Part shown: piece by piece, positions 1 to 9,990 of the stretch
Layout of the letters: each line of letters begins with the position of its first letter
Numbering within the stretch: position 1 is the stretch's first letter
Virus record (IMG/VR): IMGVR_UViG_3300011897_000001
Location: 1 to 64,000 of that record
Origin: an uncultured virus (IMG/VR IMGVR_UViG_3300011897_000001)
Lineage: Duplodnaviria; Heunggongvirae; Uroviricota; Caudoviricetes
Length of the DNA stretch: 64,000 bases
Strand: one strand, 5' to 3'
Program-made: the position numbers and the translations under genes
Notes under the pieces: model-generated
The model's input: the letters and a program-made list of their open reading frames with translations, nothing else
Database searches by the model: none
What the model was told of the DNA's origin: nothing

Positions 1-461
1 TAGCACGATAATTCCCTTCTATCAACTCAAATCACGTGATAAATTCCTGCTAACCACTCATTTGTCAAGAAATATAGCCAAAATCTTTCCACCAACTCTG
101 CATAATAAATCTTCTCAATCACACCAATCGATACAATATCTCAATCAAACAACAGATAACAATAGAGATTATTAATAAATAAGGAATCTATTACAACAAC
201 TCTCTTAATAGAAAGAATGAGTTAGACATGAAGGAGAGTTTGTAAGAGAGTATAGGGTTGTTCCTGACTAATCGTCAGTCACTAGCTGTAGTGTCAGGAT
301 GACTCAAGTAAGAATAAGATGGAGAGACACCAATACCGCTCTTGCTCTTGTCAGAGCATCACAGTATATGGATAACCCTAAGCTCACTGCGTTCACTAAA
401 GGTTATAGAGTGTGTGCATAAGGTTTAATGTCTTAATAGATTCAATTGTGTTAAATAGTTG

Positions 462-490
462 TTGACGTATTAGGTGCAATTCCCTATACT
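462..490 (+). promoter_or_regulatory. sigma70-type promoter
   Basis: TTGACG-N17-TATACT upstream of an AGGAG RBS and small ORF. Confidence 0.75.
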
Positions 491-537
491 GAACACATCA
501 GAAGCAAACAAGCTTCTACTAACTCAGGAGCTACACC

Positions 538-675
538 ATGAACAAGTATTACATCAGCATGATCGATAACATCACCAATGAAGTATTCACTGTGGTAGTG
601 CCTGCTGTAAGCCTTCACGAAGCTCGTAGACAAGCCTGGCTCGATTGGTGGCAGTCAGCTAGCCTAGTTCGTTAA
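538..675 (+). CDS. small hypothetical protein (45 aa, MNKYYISMIDNITNEVFTVVVPA...), below ORF-track cutoff
   Basis: Own promoter, AGGAG RBS, ATG at 538, TAA at 673-675, followed by terminator. Confidence 0.7.
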   Translation: MNKYYISMIDNITNEVFTVVVPAVSLHEARRQAWLDWWQSASLVR

Positions 676-697
676 AACTCCTTAAGCAACCTCTCAC

Positions 698-744
698 AGC
701 CTCCCTTATGTCCTTGACCAGGATGTATCGGAGGCTTTTCTTTT
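698..744 (+). terminator. intrinsic terminator
   Basis: AGCCTCC...GGAGGCT stem followed by TTTCTTTT. Confidence 0.6.
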
Positions 745-995
745 GCCTGCAAGTTTATCTTGCTATCACACAAGCAAGCTACTTTGATTGTCTCATGGAT
801 GTTGGCTGATAGATAATTGATTTAAACTATCTGTGGAGAATGCTTGATAGAAACAATTGTGGTGACTACCTTGGATATTTCTATAAGATCGGCTTGATTA
901 AGTGATGGCTCTATGCTAGCATTAAGCAATCGTGCTATAAATCCAAGTAATTTTAGTTAAAAGGATTACCCCAGATTTTACTCCAGGGTATTAAC

Positions 996-2120
996 CTAAT
1001 TAGCTACTTCAATATCCATCCTAGATGTATCTATACCATAAAAGTTCAAAGTCTGCTCAAAAGACCAATTATTTTTAGATTTTTTATCATTGAACTTCTT
1101 AGCATCAATTTCAAAATACTCTGCCCAATATTTTACAGTCTGAGTCTCACCATTAATGCTGTAACGTCTAATTCGAATTTGCGGGGTGGTTAGGGCTTTT
1201 TCTAGAGACCAACCCATCCTTGAAACTCTGGTAGACACAGCTCTTGGACTTACTTGGAAATATTTAGAAAGCTCTTTAATAGTCCCTGTTATACCCATTA
1301 CTGTAATGCGTTGATGATCTCCCTCCTTATAATCTCTGATCTGATTTAGAGAGTACCCCTCTTTCAAGAGTCGTCTAACAACAGATTCTGTCTTTTCTGT
1401 ATGTTGGCATAAAGCGTCTAAACTTCTGAGCCAATAAAACACCCCAAGCCTATCATCAAATAGCTCAAAGCTTTGAGTATTCACATTGTTAACGCCGTAT
1501 AGTGCGCAGAACAACTCCCATTCACTGGATGCTTTACTCCTCACAACCAAATACTCCTCTTCTCTGCCTAGAGATTTTAAAAGTTCGTATAAGTTTACAA
1601 CCTTTCCTTTCCACTCAACCTGTTTGGTATAAAAATGCTCTTTATCAAGGTAATCTTTGTATGCCTGAACCGCTTCCAGCATAGAAATGCCTTGTTCTTT
1701 CATTTGTCGAGTAACGTAACTCTTCAAGGCTGCTAGTTGCGACTTGTCTTCCCAAGCATCGCAGATGTCGTAAAAAGCAATGTCACCCTCTCGTATATTT
1801 GTCTTCTTATTTCTCATGTTCTGCTGTCGCGTAGCCCATCGAAGATTTGAGAGGTGGTTGTTCAAACCATTACCGTCAATATGATCCACTACAGGCAAGT
1901 CCTCTGGGTTAGGCAGAAAAGCACATGCCATCAGCAGGTGAACCCTACGTACATTGTTAGTGTTATCACTATCAGGTGTAGTATTCACATACCAATATTC
2001 AGGCTCTCCTGTAAGCACCTGAGATAAGACCCTGTCGCTACCAATCCTACGCACACGTCCAAAGCTACTAGCCTCATAACGGCTGTGTCCTGGTATTACT
2101 TTCCAAATCTCTTGAATCAT
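996..2120 (-). CDS. NUMOD4-HNH homing endonuclease
   Basis: N-terminal EIWKVIPG..YEASSFGRVR (NUMOD4), VDHIDGNGLNNHLSNLRW (HNH), C-terminal repeated DNA-binding-like segments. Confidence 0.85.
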   Translation of the reverse strand: MIQEIWKVIPGHSRYEASSFGRVRRIGSDRVLSQVLTGEPEYWYVNTTPDSDNTNNVRRVHLLMACAFLPNPEDLPVVDHIDGNGLNNHLSNLRWATRQQNMRNKKTNIREGDIAFYDICDAWEDKSQLAALKSYVTRQMKEQGISMLEAVQAYKDYLDKEHFYTKQVEWKGKVVNLYELLKSLGREEEYLVVRSKASSEWELFCALYGVNNVNTQSFELFDDRLGVFYWLRSLDALCQHTEKTESVVRRLLKEGYSLNQIRDYKEGDHQRITVMGITGTIKELSKYFQVSPRAVSTRVSRMGWSLEKALTTPQIRIRRYSINGETQTVKYWAEYFEIDAKKFNDKKSKNNWSFEQTLNFYGIDTSRMDIEVAN

Positions 2121-2121
2121 T

Positions 2122-2481
2122 TCAACTTCCTCCCCTACTAACAGCCATATTTCTGATCATCCCCTCAGCTGTAACTTGAACAATAAGAGGGTAGTCGGAT
2201 ATTTGATAACCTGTGCCTGCTGTTAACGCCGACTTGTCAAGTAAGTTTTTGTGTTGGTGTTCAAGACTATCCCAATTCTCATAAATGTATTTACACAGAT
2301 TATCGTAACACTCGTCACTTAGCAAGCTTTCATATCTTAGGTAATAGGCATAAGAGCTTGCAAGATACCAAGAGATAGCTGTATTTTTACTCTTCTTGAA
2401 GCTTTCTCTAGCTTCTTTGTCATAATTCACTTCCACTCCCTCCTCACTTAATCCTATTAACAACCCTATGCAAATTAACAC
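2122..2481 (-). CDS. protein resembling the N-terminal subdomain of NAD-dependent DNA ligase (true start probably GTG near 2430-2436)
   Basis: AYYLRYESLLSDECYD resembles the YY...P.ISD.EYD motif of LigA domain Ia. Confidence 0.5.
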   Translation of the reverse strand: MLICIGLLIGLSEEGVEVNYDKEARESFKKSKNTAISWYLASSYAYYLRYESLLSDECYDNLCKYIYENWDSLEHQHKNLLDKSALTAGTGYQISDYPLIVQVTAEGMIRNMAVSRGGS

Positions 2482-2860
2482 CAGCCATAATCAAATCAAC
2501 CTTACGTGGTGTCACCTTCAGCACATTCAAAGCTTCTTCCAATATTTCATCACATCGCTTCCTTGAGATATTTACTTTAACAAGCTTACCTGAATCTTGG
2601 TGGTAGGCAAGCATCTGTTCTGCACAGAGCTTATCGTGCACACAAAAGGCCTGTCCACAGTTCTCTTCCCAAGGGGAGATGATACTCCACAGAGACTTAG
2701 GCACGCTACCACCATCAAATAGGAAGCCTCTAGGCACATCTATAGTTATACCACTGCCCAGTTCACTTACATCATAGGAGAACGCAGTGATTACTTCCCA
2801 TACAGACTCTGAATGATAACGTAGGTCTAGCTGGCTTGAAAACCTAGTGAATGAACTCAT
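2444..2860 (-). CDS. DUF1353-family protein
   Basis: VPRGFLFDGGSVP...W...AFCVHD.L motif. Confidence 0.75.
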   Translation of the reverse strand: MSSFTRFSSQLDLRYHSESVWEVITAFSYDVSELGSGITIDVPRGFLFDGGSVPKSLWSIISPWEENCGQAFCVHDKLCAEQMLAYHQDSGKLVKVNISRKRCDEILEEALNVLKVTPRKVDLIMAGVNLHRVVNRIK

Positions 2861-3339
2861 TGCCTCTTCTCCACCACTTTAAAACTTAATTGACTTAGCT
2901 CGCACGTTTGTGTACGAGGAAGTGTGCGTTCACATTCTCTAATACCAGCTTGTACAGCATGATCTGTACGCATTGGGTCTAATCGCGGATCAGGGTAGAA
3001 AGTGATAATCAAAGCAGTAATAAATAGCAGGGAAAAGGACAAAAGAACACAAAGCTCAGAATACCTTTTTGACTTTTCAAGATACCCTGGCTCATTTGCA
3101 ATACAACGTGGTTTAGGAGGTTCTGGTGGGCCTTTCTTCGGTCTATCGTCTGGAGCTGCTTTTCTAGCTTCGTCTAACGTTAACGATTTCTTAACTTCCT
3201 CAATAGGTGGAATTTCAGGCATCTCCCACCCTTGCTTGTGTTGATAGTTAGGAAAATCAGAATCTTTATCTGGGGGCATTGGCGTATTCATCTTTAAGCA
3301 CCTCATTGAGATAGTCTCTAAGTTTGCGAGCATTGTCAA
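2857..3339 (-). CDS. hypothetical membrane protein (likely start MNTPMP)
   Basis: Pro-rich N-terminus, one TM helix, C-terminal CERTLPRTQTC motif similar to CEKSLPRDEKC of 13918..14139. Confidence 0.55.
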   Translation of the reverse strand: MTMLANLETISMRCLKMNTPMPPDKDSDFPNYQHKQGWEMPEIPPIEEVKKSLTLDEARKAAPDDRPKKGPPEPPKPRCIANEPGYLEKSKRYSELCVLLSFSLLFITALIITFYPDPRLDPMRTDHAVQAGIRECERTLPRTQTCELSQLSFKVVEKRQ

Positions 3340-3490
3340 GACTTAACACAACACAAGCCGTGCAGTCCGGAGCTTCATCTTCTTGTCTAATCATTAATGC
3401 CACATGGCCATCAGTATATTGGTATGCTCTGCAATAATCAGTTTCAGGATAAAGCATGCACTTAAGTGCAGGACCTTCTGTTAAAGTCAT
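3266..3490 (-). CDS. hypothetical protein, paralog of 3650..3871
   Basis: Shared EG..LKC...E.PD...A.KL..YL..VL pattern. Confidence 0.6.
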   Translation of the reverse strand: MTLTEGPALKCMLYPETDYCRAYQYTDGHVALMIRQEDEAPDCTACVVLSLDNARKLRDYLNEVLKDEYANAPR

Positions 3491-3649
3491 TCAAATTCCT
3501 CCTTATAGACTCTGTTGTATAGATTAATTTCACTTTGAAGCTTGTTAGTCAAATCCAATATTAAACGTAAGTGTGCAAGCTTCTTGCTCGTATCTTCTTT
3601 ATCCAGTAGTTCACGAATCATCATAACTTCTGTGTGTGATTTAATTTCT

Positions 3650-3871
3650 TCAAGGTTCATTAGATAGTACCTGTTCCAGATAGTTTTTAAGCTTCAAAGC
3701 GGATTGCCGATCAACCATGATTGCTTGACTGCTGTCGGGTTCTTCAGAAGGGCAGCTAACACACAACCAAAGAACTTTATCGCTCATTTGGCATATGGTA
3801 AAATGATCACCCTCTGTGTGAATACACTTTAAATAAATACCTTCATCTTTGCTCAAAATCAATCCTCCCAA
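3650..3871 (-). CDS. hypothetical protein, paralog of 3266..3490
   Basis: Same motif pattern; co-oriented in the operon. Confidence 0.55.
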   Translation of the reverse strand: MGGLILSKDEGIYLKCIHTEGDHFTICQMSDKVLWLCVSCPSEEPDSSQAIMVDRQSALKLKNYLEQVLSNEP

Positions 3872-4281
3872 AGCTCATATAGTGGTGTAATCCAGTCAGC
3901 AGGCCAACCGTGCTTCTCGTAGCTTTTCTTCCAGTTTATCATGTCTTTGTAGTCATCACAATACTCATAACCGCCTTCACCGTTAAAGATCATCCACGCA
4001 GTGGGTTCTCTTGATAAACCTTTATAAGCAGGTTTTGCAGCAAGCTTAGCGATTCTGTATGCAAGGCGTTCAAAGCTGTCAACACTGAAACCAAAGCTTG
4101 CTGCTTCTTCAAAAGCTTCTCGTGCTAGGTCTTCTACAAAGCTTTCATCAAGAGGGATTTCTTTATCTTGATTATATAGAAGTCCTTGCTCATACGCAGC
4201 ATTCCACGCTTTCCAAGAAAAGTATTGCTCTAAACTTGTTGCTGCAACATCTTCTTTCTTACACCACTCTTCGAAAGTCAT
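3859..4281 (-). CDS. hypothetical protein
   Basis: ORF in a tightly packed - strand operon; FEEW...AWNAA and EPTAW...PLY motifs common in phage small proteins. Confidence 0.6.
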   Translation of the reverse strand: MTFEEWCKKEDVAATSLEQYFSWKAWNAAYEQGLLYNQDKEIPLDESFVEDLAREAFEEAASFGFSVDSFERLAYRIAKLAAKPAYKGLSREPTAWMIFNGEGGYEYCDDYKDMINWKKSYEKHGWPADWITPLYELWED

Positions 4282-4526
4282 TCTTGAGTCTCCATTAGGT
4301 AGTGATATAGTTCTCTTACAACCCGTTCTCTATTCAAATAGACATAATTACTTAGCTCTGCATTCTCATAAGCATCTGAGCTAGTGATTATACCGCCATC
4401 TTCACGGTCTGAGAAGTACCTAAGCCAGAAATTAATCACTTTGTGATCGGGTAAGTCCCAGAAGGCGATGTGGGTAAGGTCCCTTTGTGTGGGCTTACGA
4501 ATGTCTTTATTTTCCTCGAAGTTCAT
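4278..4526 (-). CDS. hypothetical protein
   Basis: AGGAG RBS; overlaps next gene by ATGA. Confidence 0.6.
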   Translation of the reverse strand: MNFEENKDIRKPTQRDLTHIAFWDLPDHKVINFWLRYFSDREDGGIITSSDAYENAELSNYVYLNRERVVRELYHYLMETQE

Positions 4527-4648
4527 CTAATCTCTCCTTATTCATTTTCTTGATTCGAGCTATCATCTTCTCAGACTCTATCTTTAAGATTTCAAGGTAG
4601 GCTATCTCTACTTCATCCTCATCACCGACCAACTGGTGATTTAGTATA

Positions 4649-4924
4649 TCAAGATTTTCTGTAAAATTCATCTAGACTCTCCTTGCTAAATCCACCAAAT
4701 TCACGGTCTAGTAGACTTCCTGTCTCGTAGTAAAGGCCACAATCTGATGTGTTGTACTGATTAAGAGTGTTAATAGCATCAAACAAGATATCAATGGACT
4801 TCTGGTTGTTCAATTTTACATCAACAACACTGACACGTGGCGAATCTCTACTGATTCTTAGTATAACGCCTTCATCCATTAACTCTTTTACTATCTTTTC
4901 AAATTGCTTATTAAATTCTTTCAC
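4649..4924 (-). CDS. hypothetical protein
   Basis: Packed ORF with GGAGG RBS. Confidence 0.55.
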   Translation of the reverse strand: MKEFNKQFEKIVKELMDEGVILRISRDSPRVSVVDVKLNNQKSIDILFDAINTLNQYNTSDCGLYYETGSLLDREFGGFSKESLDEFYRKS

Positions 4925-4926
4925 AA

Positions 4927-5223
4927 CTACCTCCTGGCATTATACAGTCGTTCAAGAAAAGCTTCCAGGACTTTCTTTTTCTCATCAGCTATATAGTCAA
5001 GCGTCTCTGAAATAATACCAGCAAATACAATCTCATGATCTGCCATAGGAAGAGTTGAGCCATAACCTAGTCTATTGCTTCTCCAGAACCCATTAAGGTT
5101 GATATACTCACTTTTACCAATAGAGTCTCTCCAAACCTGGAGAGCAATATACAGGCAACGTTCTTTTTCTTCTAATTGCTTAATTTCTACAGAATTCTCA
5201 TTAAACCCTTGAATATCGAACAT
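4927..5223 (-). CDS. hypothetical protein
   Basis: Packed ORF, start overlaps upstream stop. Confidence 0.55.
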   Translation of the reverse strand: MFDIQGFNENSVEIKQLEEKERCLYIALQVWRDSIGKSEYINLNGFWRSNRLGYGSTLPMADHEIVFAGIISETLDYIADEKKKVLEAFLERLYNARR

Positions 5224-5768
5224 CAGAAATACCTAACCTCCCAATGATCTTCTACTTTGACAATAGAGATATTCTTAACGCCGCCAACTTCTAGACCTAG
5301 TGCAAAATCAGAGGCTTTGGTTAGATCATAGTAAATTCTAGTATTGCGGACATCGGGGTATTCAAAGTTCTCTAACACGGCTTTTTGCATCTCTTTAAAT
5401 TTATTCTCAAAGAAGCGTTTTGTCTTTTCATCTGCATCATAGAACCAGGATTCGTCAGGTTTATAATCTACTCCTGTAAATTGCATTTTATTGGGCACAC
5501 CTTCAGAGTCTCGCACGGAACCTCCCCCGCCTGAGCCACCAGCACCAAGCACAACATATTTATACTCACCTAGCTTTGGTGTAGTGAATTCTTGGTTAAT
5601 TTTATATTGTGCTGAGCCCCCACCTGTGTTGAATGATCCGGCCCCACTAAATTTGTGTTTAGCAAGAATCTCTTCATCACTTACACCCTTACCACTGAAA
5701 CGGTAAGCATTAAGGATTTCTTGATCTGTTGTACCACGTCCACCGCTGCTCATAGCATACTCCACCAA
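5223..5768 (-). CDS. hypothetical protein with N-terminal Gly/Ser tandem repeats
   Basis: G.TDQEIL..YRFSG / GVSDEEIL..HKFSG repeats. Confidence 0.5.
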   Translation of the reverse strand: MVEYAMSSGGRGTTDQEILNAYRFSGKGVSDEEILAKHKFSGAGSFNTGGGSAQYKINQEFTTPKLGEYKYVVLGAGGSGGGGSVRDSEGVPNKMQFTGVDYKPDESWFYDADEKTKRFFENKFKEMQKAVLENFEYPDVRNTRIYYDLTKASDFALGLEVGGVKNISIVKVEDHWEVRYF

Positions 5769-6059
5769 AGTTTGTAGTTCAATTTACCAGAACCAAGTTT
5801 ACTGTAGAAGTCGGGCGTCGTCAAGATTGTGAAGTCATCTTTATTAGATTTGATCACCACTCGGCCTTTTACAATCTCGTATCGATAACTGCTCATCGTC
5901 CGTAGCTCCTAATCACAGCCTCATCTAAAGCATCCCTCACTTCACGCACTTGCTCAAAGCTTAGGCTATATTTGTTCTCTTTCAACACTCTCACAGCTTC
6001 CTTGATAGCTTCATTAATGTAATGGGTTTTCACTTCTTGCTGTGATTTAAGATGCATGA

Positions 6060-6245
6060 TCACTTCCTTTCTTCTCCTCGTTCAAAGTCTGTACACTTAA
6101 CTTCCTTCAGGCCATCTTCTTTAAACATGTGTATAACCTTCATTTCTGTGAATGGTAGGTGATTACATTTGCGGTATAGGTGCGTACAGGTTAAGCACAT
6201 AAACCCTCTAGGCACGTGTGTGATGTCTTTCATTTGCGATTCCAT
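6060..6245 (-). CDS. small Cys-rich (putative Zn-binding) protein
   Basis: MCLTCTH...CNHLPF...VKCTDF. Confidence 0.6.
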   Translation of the reverse strand: MESQMKDITHVPRGFMCLTCTHLYRKCNHLPFTEMKVIHMFKEDGLKEVKCTDFERGEERK

Positions 6246-6612
6246 ACTAGATCAAGTACTTCTTTTTTAAGATTTTCAGGAATTTCTTTGCTCAAGTTAA
6301 CCTTGCTGGTAATCCCACGTCGGATTGTGCTGTCAATATCCCTTATTTGCCCTTCAAGCTGAGTAATTCGTTTCAGCAGTTTGTCGCGGTCAATATCAAT
6401 CATGATCTTATCCTCAGTTAAAGTTATGGAGGCCACATGAGCCATTGCAGGCATCGTCATATGCAATACTGTCGATAATAGCACGTTCTACTTTGACTTG
6501 CTCATTCTTCAGAGCATGTACGGCCCTTGAGATACGACCAGTGTACCGCTTAGACATCTCACGATCCAGACGACCATCAAGTTCTTGCAGTAGTTGGATG
6601 ATTTCGTTGTAA

Positions 6613-6936
6613 TCAGACATTTTCATTCTCCCAATAAAACCCAGCAATAGTTGGTACACCAGTCTCTGATTCTACACGCCTTGCCACAACCCAGCAAAGA
6701 ATTTCGTATTGCTTACGAGCAATGAAGTGAGGAAACTTGTAATCAGCATCTTTACTTGACCAGGAATCTGTCTGATCAAATATTTGCTGACAAAGGGACA
6801 GAAGCTGATAGGTGTCCGGTGTCAGAAGCTGAAATAGCTCCTGTTCGTCAACGTACAGATAAGGACCATCGTCGTTTAGGTTGAATTCCATTAGACCACT
6901 AGACATATAGTCTGGGCACACTTTGTACATTTTCAT
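6613..6936 (-). CDS. hypothetical protein
   Basis: Packed ORF in operon. Confidence 0.55.
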   Translation of the reverse strand: MKMYKVCPDYMSSGLMEFNLNDDGPYLYVDEQELFQLLTPDTYQLLSLCQQIFDQTDSWSSKDADYKFPHFIARKQYEILCWVVARRVESETGVPTIAGFYWENENV

Positions 6937-7142
6937 TTCTTTCTCCCGTAGTTCTGTTGTTTCTTAAGTTCGATAAGAACATCATCGCACTCATTCTTAG
7001 TGAAGTCAAGGCATTTATCATTGGAATCTAGAATGTACTTCTCATCTGTCATTTTAGTCCAGTCCAGAAAATATGTTTCTCCATCAACACAGAAATTAGC
7101 TAGCAAGCTATACTCGTTTTCATAAATACCGATCAGTTTCAT
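6933..7142 (-). CDS. hypothetical protein
   Basis: AGGAG RBS upstream. Confidence 0.55.
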   Translation of the reverse strand: MKLIGIYENEYSLLANFCVDGETYFLDWTKMTDEKYILDSNDKCLDFTKNECDDVLIELKKQQNYGRKK

Positions 7143-7159
7143 ATTTTTCTCCTACAAGA

Positions 7160-7204
7160 AAGCCCCTGACCATGTAAGAATTATCTCATAGGATTCAGGG
7201 GCTT
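7160..7204 (-). terminator. inverted repeat / probable terminator after the dCMP deaminase gene
   Basis: AAGCCCCTGA...TCAGGGGCTT 10-bp stem. Confidence 0.5.
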
Positions 7205-7214
7205 GTAAAGGTAT

Positions 7215-7697
7215 TCATTGATTGTACTTTTCTACTAGAACTGAAGAATCCATAAGAATTTTCAATCCTTCTGTGTCACGATACTCTTCAAGATATACAA
7301 CCTTAGAGACGCCAGCAGATGCAATCATGCTGGCACAAAATGTGCAGGGGCTCAAAGTCACATATAGGGTCGATCCTTCAGCGCTTACGCCTTCCTTAAG
7401 CATCTTAGCAAAGCAGTTCAGTTCAGCGTGCCTCACATTCTTTTTCGTGGTTAAAACTCGCTCTCTTGGAAAGCTTGTAAATCCAACCACTAAATCAGAT
7501 TCTTTTATTGCTCTTAACTCAAAGCTTTCATCTTCACAACAATTATTTTCTCCAGGGCCAGTCCCGTTATACCCAATAAAAATTCCCTTGTGCTTAGTTA
7601 CTACACAAGCTCCTACCTTTTTGCGCTCAGCATAGCTCATCTCAGAGGCTGCAATGGCTTGGTTCATGTAGAACTTGTGTTCTTTGTCCTTAATCAC
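7215..7697 (-). CDS. dCMP deaminase (cytidine/deoxycytidylate deaminase family)
   Basis: KVGAC, GYNG, HAE and PCxxC zinc motifs. Confidence 0.9.
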   Translation of the reverse strand: MIKDKEHKFYMNQAIAASEMSYAERKKVGACVVTKHKGIFIGYNGTGPGENNCCEDESFELRAIKESDLVVGFTSFPRERVLTTKKNVRHAELNCFAKMLKEGVSAEGSTLYVTLSPCTFCASMIASAGVSKVVYLEEYRDTEGLKILMDSSVLVEKYNQ

Positions 7698-7965
7698 TAT
7701 TACTCACTCCCAGCACAATCCTATCGATATGCCCTAACGGATGCTCACCCTCTTTCCAAAAATCCTTTTGGTAAATAGTGTAGTTTCCGTCTGACCACAC
7801 CTCCAGCACGAAGCTGTATTCATCATTGGTGTATTCTTCAAGCTCCTTACACAAGCGAATGCCCTTCTTGATAGACAAGCCTTTAATTTCCGTCTGAAGG
7901 TGCCCATTGTACTGATGTTTAGTGTTAAGTAGAAACTCAGCGAGACTGATCATTTTTACCTCCAT
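7690..7965 (-). CDS. hypothetical protein
   Basis: Packed ORF. Confidence 0.5.
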   Translation of the reverse strand: MEVKMISLAEFLLNTKHQYNGHLQTEIKGLSIKKGIRLCKELEEYTNDEYSFVLEVWSDGNYTIYQKDFWKEGEHPLGHIDRIVLGVSNSD

Positions 7966-8199
7966 CTATAATCAACTATAAAGCCCTATAATTGACTTTA
8001 ATTTCACAAGTCCACAACTACGCCATTAAATTTCAAAATAGCGAGCATGTGGCTTTCAGAACAAGCGTTCGAGACATCAATTGCATTTTCTTTGGCGATG
8101 AACTCAAGATGAGGATATAGGAAATCTTCCTCATAACCATCCATGCACCAATTACCTTTTTCATTGTTGATGATAGTATACTCTTTCATTTTAATCTCC

Positions 8200-8589
8200 T
8201 TAGATGGTTGGGCGAAGATGGCTGGCAAATCCTTTTCTAGAATTTACACCACGACAGCTTACTTCACCACTCTCTGATCTGAACTTAGTAGCCTGATTCT
8301 TAGAAGCTTTGACAGTGTACTTACCATCAAACAGCTCATCACAACGGGCTTGTGCCTTAGCACGATCAGAAGTCTTGAAGAAGTAATAATCTTGTGTAGC
8401 TGACATGATATAAAATGTAGCTGGTGGAATAAACTCGTAATCAGTAAATTGTTCGTAGCTGACAACAACGTATTCTACTTCTTTAGTGCTCATCTTTCTT
8501 ATCCTCGATCTCAACACACTTGAATACCGACTTACCAACAAAGAAACTACCAAGCTTACGACATTCTGTAGCGACCGTATGGTGGGCAT
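8200..8589 (-). CDS. hypothetical protein (likely start MSTKEV near 8493)
   Basis: GAGG upstream of the internal Met. Confidence 0.55.
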   Translation of the reverse strand: MPTIRSLQNVVSLVVSLLVSRYSSVLRSRIRKMSTKEVEYVVVSYEQFTDYEFIPPATFYIMSATQDYYFFKTSDRAKAQARCDELFDGKYTVKASKNQATKFRSESGEVSCRGVNSRKGFASHLRPTI

Positions 8590-8652
8590 TTACCCAACCA
8601 ACACAATATCCTAATACAAGACCTATAACCAATCCTAGCATTATTTTCATCC

Positions 8653-8913
8653 TCAGAATGGACTCATATGATTATTGCTTGGGATAAATGCAGGTTGGGC
8701 TGGGCTCCCCATAACAGTATCTACCCGAAATGCTGTGTAACCTGTGTCAAGAAGAGCTTCAGCATACACGTAGCCATCTACTAGACACGCTGTTCGGGAG
8801 TAGATAATCTTGTTTGAGCCTGGCAGAGTAAAGTACGCGCTCCCTTTAGTGCGAGCTTGTTCGTAGATACGGAAACATTTTGCTGGGCTGATTTGCTTTA
8901 CTGATGGCTTCAT
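8653..8913 (-). CDS. hypothetical protein
   Basis: AAGGAG RBS. Confidence 0.55.
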   Translation of the reverse strand: MKPSVKQISPAKCFRIYEQARTKGSAYFTLPGSNKIIYSRTACLVDGYVYAEALLDTGYTAFRVDTVMGSPAQPAFIPSNNHMSPF

Positions 8914-8917
8914 ATCT

Positions 8918-9259
8918 TTACTCCTTAACTTCTACTAAGTGTTCGTCGGAATAATCCAACTTAAAAGGATTTTCTATACTAGGTTTTAGATCAGCAAAGC
9001 CATATTTTTCATAAGCTTCTTTTGTCAAATGAATATTTGCAACCCTGTTATCTTTATGAATCACGATTACAATCCAAGTACCATCCTCAAGCTCCTTTGA
9101 GGTGTGCCACATTCTCGGACTGTTATCATCTTTTACAGTGAACGCGCCTTTTGAAGTTTCTATTGTAATATAAACGTCATCTGGATCATAGTCCCGCATC
9201 ATAATCTCCTTTCTCTGTGTTGATGGGGACAGTTTATGACCATCCCCAGCTTGCGTCAA
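8918..9259 (-). CDS. hypothetical protein (likely start MMRDYD)
   Basis: AAGGAG RBS before the internal Met. Confidence 0.55.
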   Translation of the reverse strand: MTQAGDGHKLSPSTQRKEIMMRDYDPDDVYITIETSKGAFTVKDDNSPRMWHTSKELEDGTWIVIVIHKDNRVANIHLTKEAYEKYGFADLKPSIENPFKLDYSDEHLVEVKE

Positions 9260-9267
9260 CTACTTTT

Positions 9268-9990
9268 TTAAGATTTCTTTCGACTACGTTTTGGCTTAAC
9301 TTCAGGTTCGGACAAGAGCTTGCTGATTTCCTCTTCGGTTAGAGGGGTTTCTTCGGCAAAGCCACATTCTTCACAGTCAGGGTTGCCGCAGCCTTCCTCT
9401 TCTTCCTGAGCCATACGATACTGTGTAAATACATCCAGACGTGCAGCAAGCTCCTCTGAGTCGAAGTAGAACGGGGTTCCCTTTAGTAGGTCGCTGATTT
9501 CGTCGGTTTCAAGAAAACCTTGATAGATTTCACTCATGAATTTCTTATTCATTTTTCGAGTGTAGTCAACATGAGCGGCAATGTCAACCTCCTTTCCCCA
9601 TCCTGGGCTATACGAGCAGGTGTGGGCCATTAGAGAACTACTTTCATCTACAACCCATCCATGACAAGACAGAGCGATACAGGATGCAGCACTTGAGCAA
9701 TCAGGCCCGATCTTTGCAATCACAGGACAGTTGCTATTACGGATAGCTCGAATGATCAGCATGGCAGTATCAAGCCTGCCCCCTGGCGAGCAAATATCCA
9801 ACGTGATAAAATCACCCTCCTGTGCATTCTCAATGCAACTAATCTCATCTGCAAAGTCTTCTGGGTCAGAGATTTCACGCCAAATCTTGATGACAAAGTC
9901 ACGAGAACAGCTTTCAGCAGCAGTAATCCGGTTTAGTTTGTTTACCATTGGAATTACGGTCATTTCTTCCAGTCCATTATTCATCTTCAT
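9268..9990 (-). CDS. ClpP-like (Clp protease family) peptidase
   Basis: ICSPGG, CSSAAS nucleophile elbow, LMAH catalytic His region. Confidence 0.85.
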   Translation of the reverse strand: MKMNNGLEEMTVIPMVNKLNRITAAESCSRDFVIKIWREISDPEDFADEISCIENAQEGDFITLDICSPGGRLDTAMLIIRAIRNSNCPVIAKIGPDCSSAASCIALSCHGWVVDESSSLMAHTCSYSPGWGKEVDIAAHVDYTRKMNKKFMSEIYQGFLETDEISDLLKGTPFYFDSEELAARLDVFTQYRMAQEEEEGCGNPDCEECGFAEETPLTEEEISKLLSEPEVKPKRSRKKS

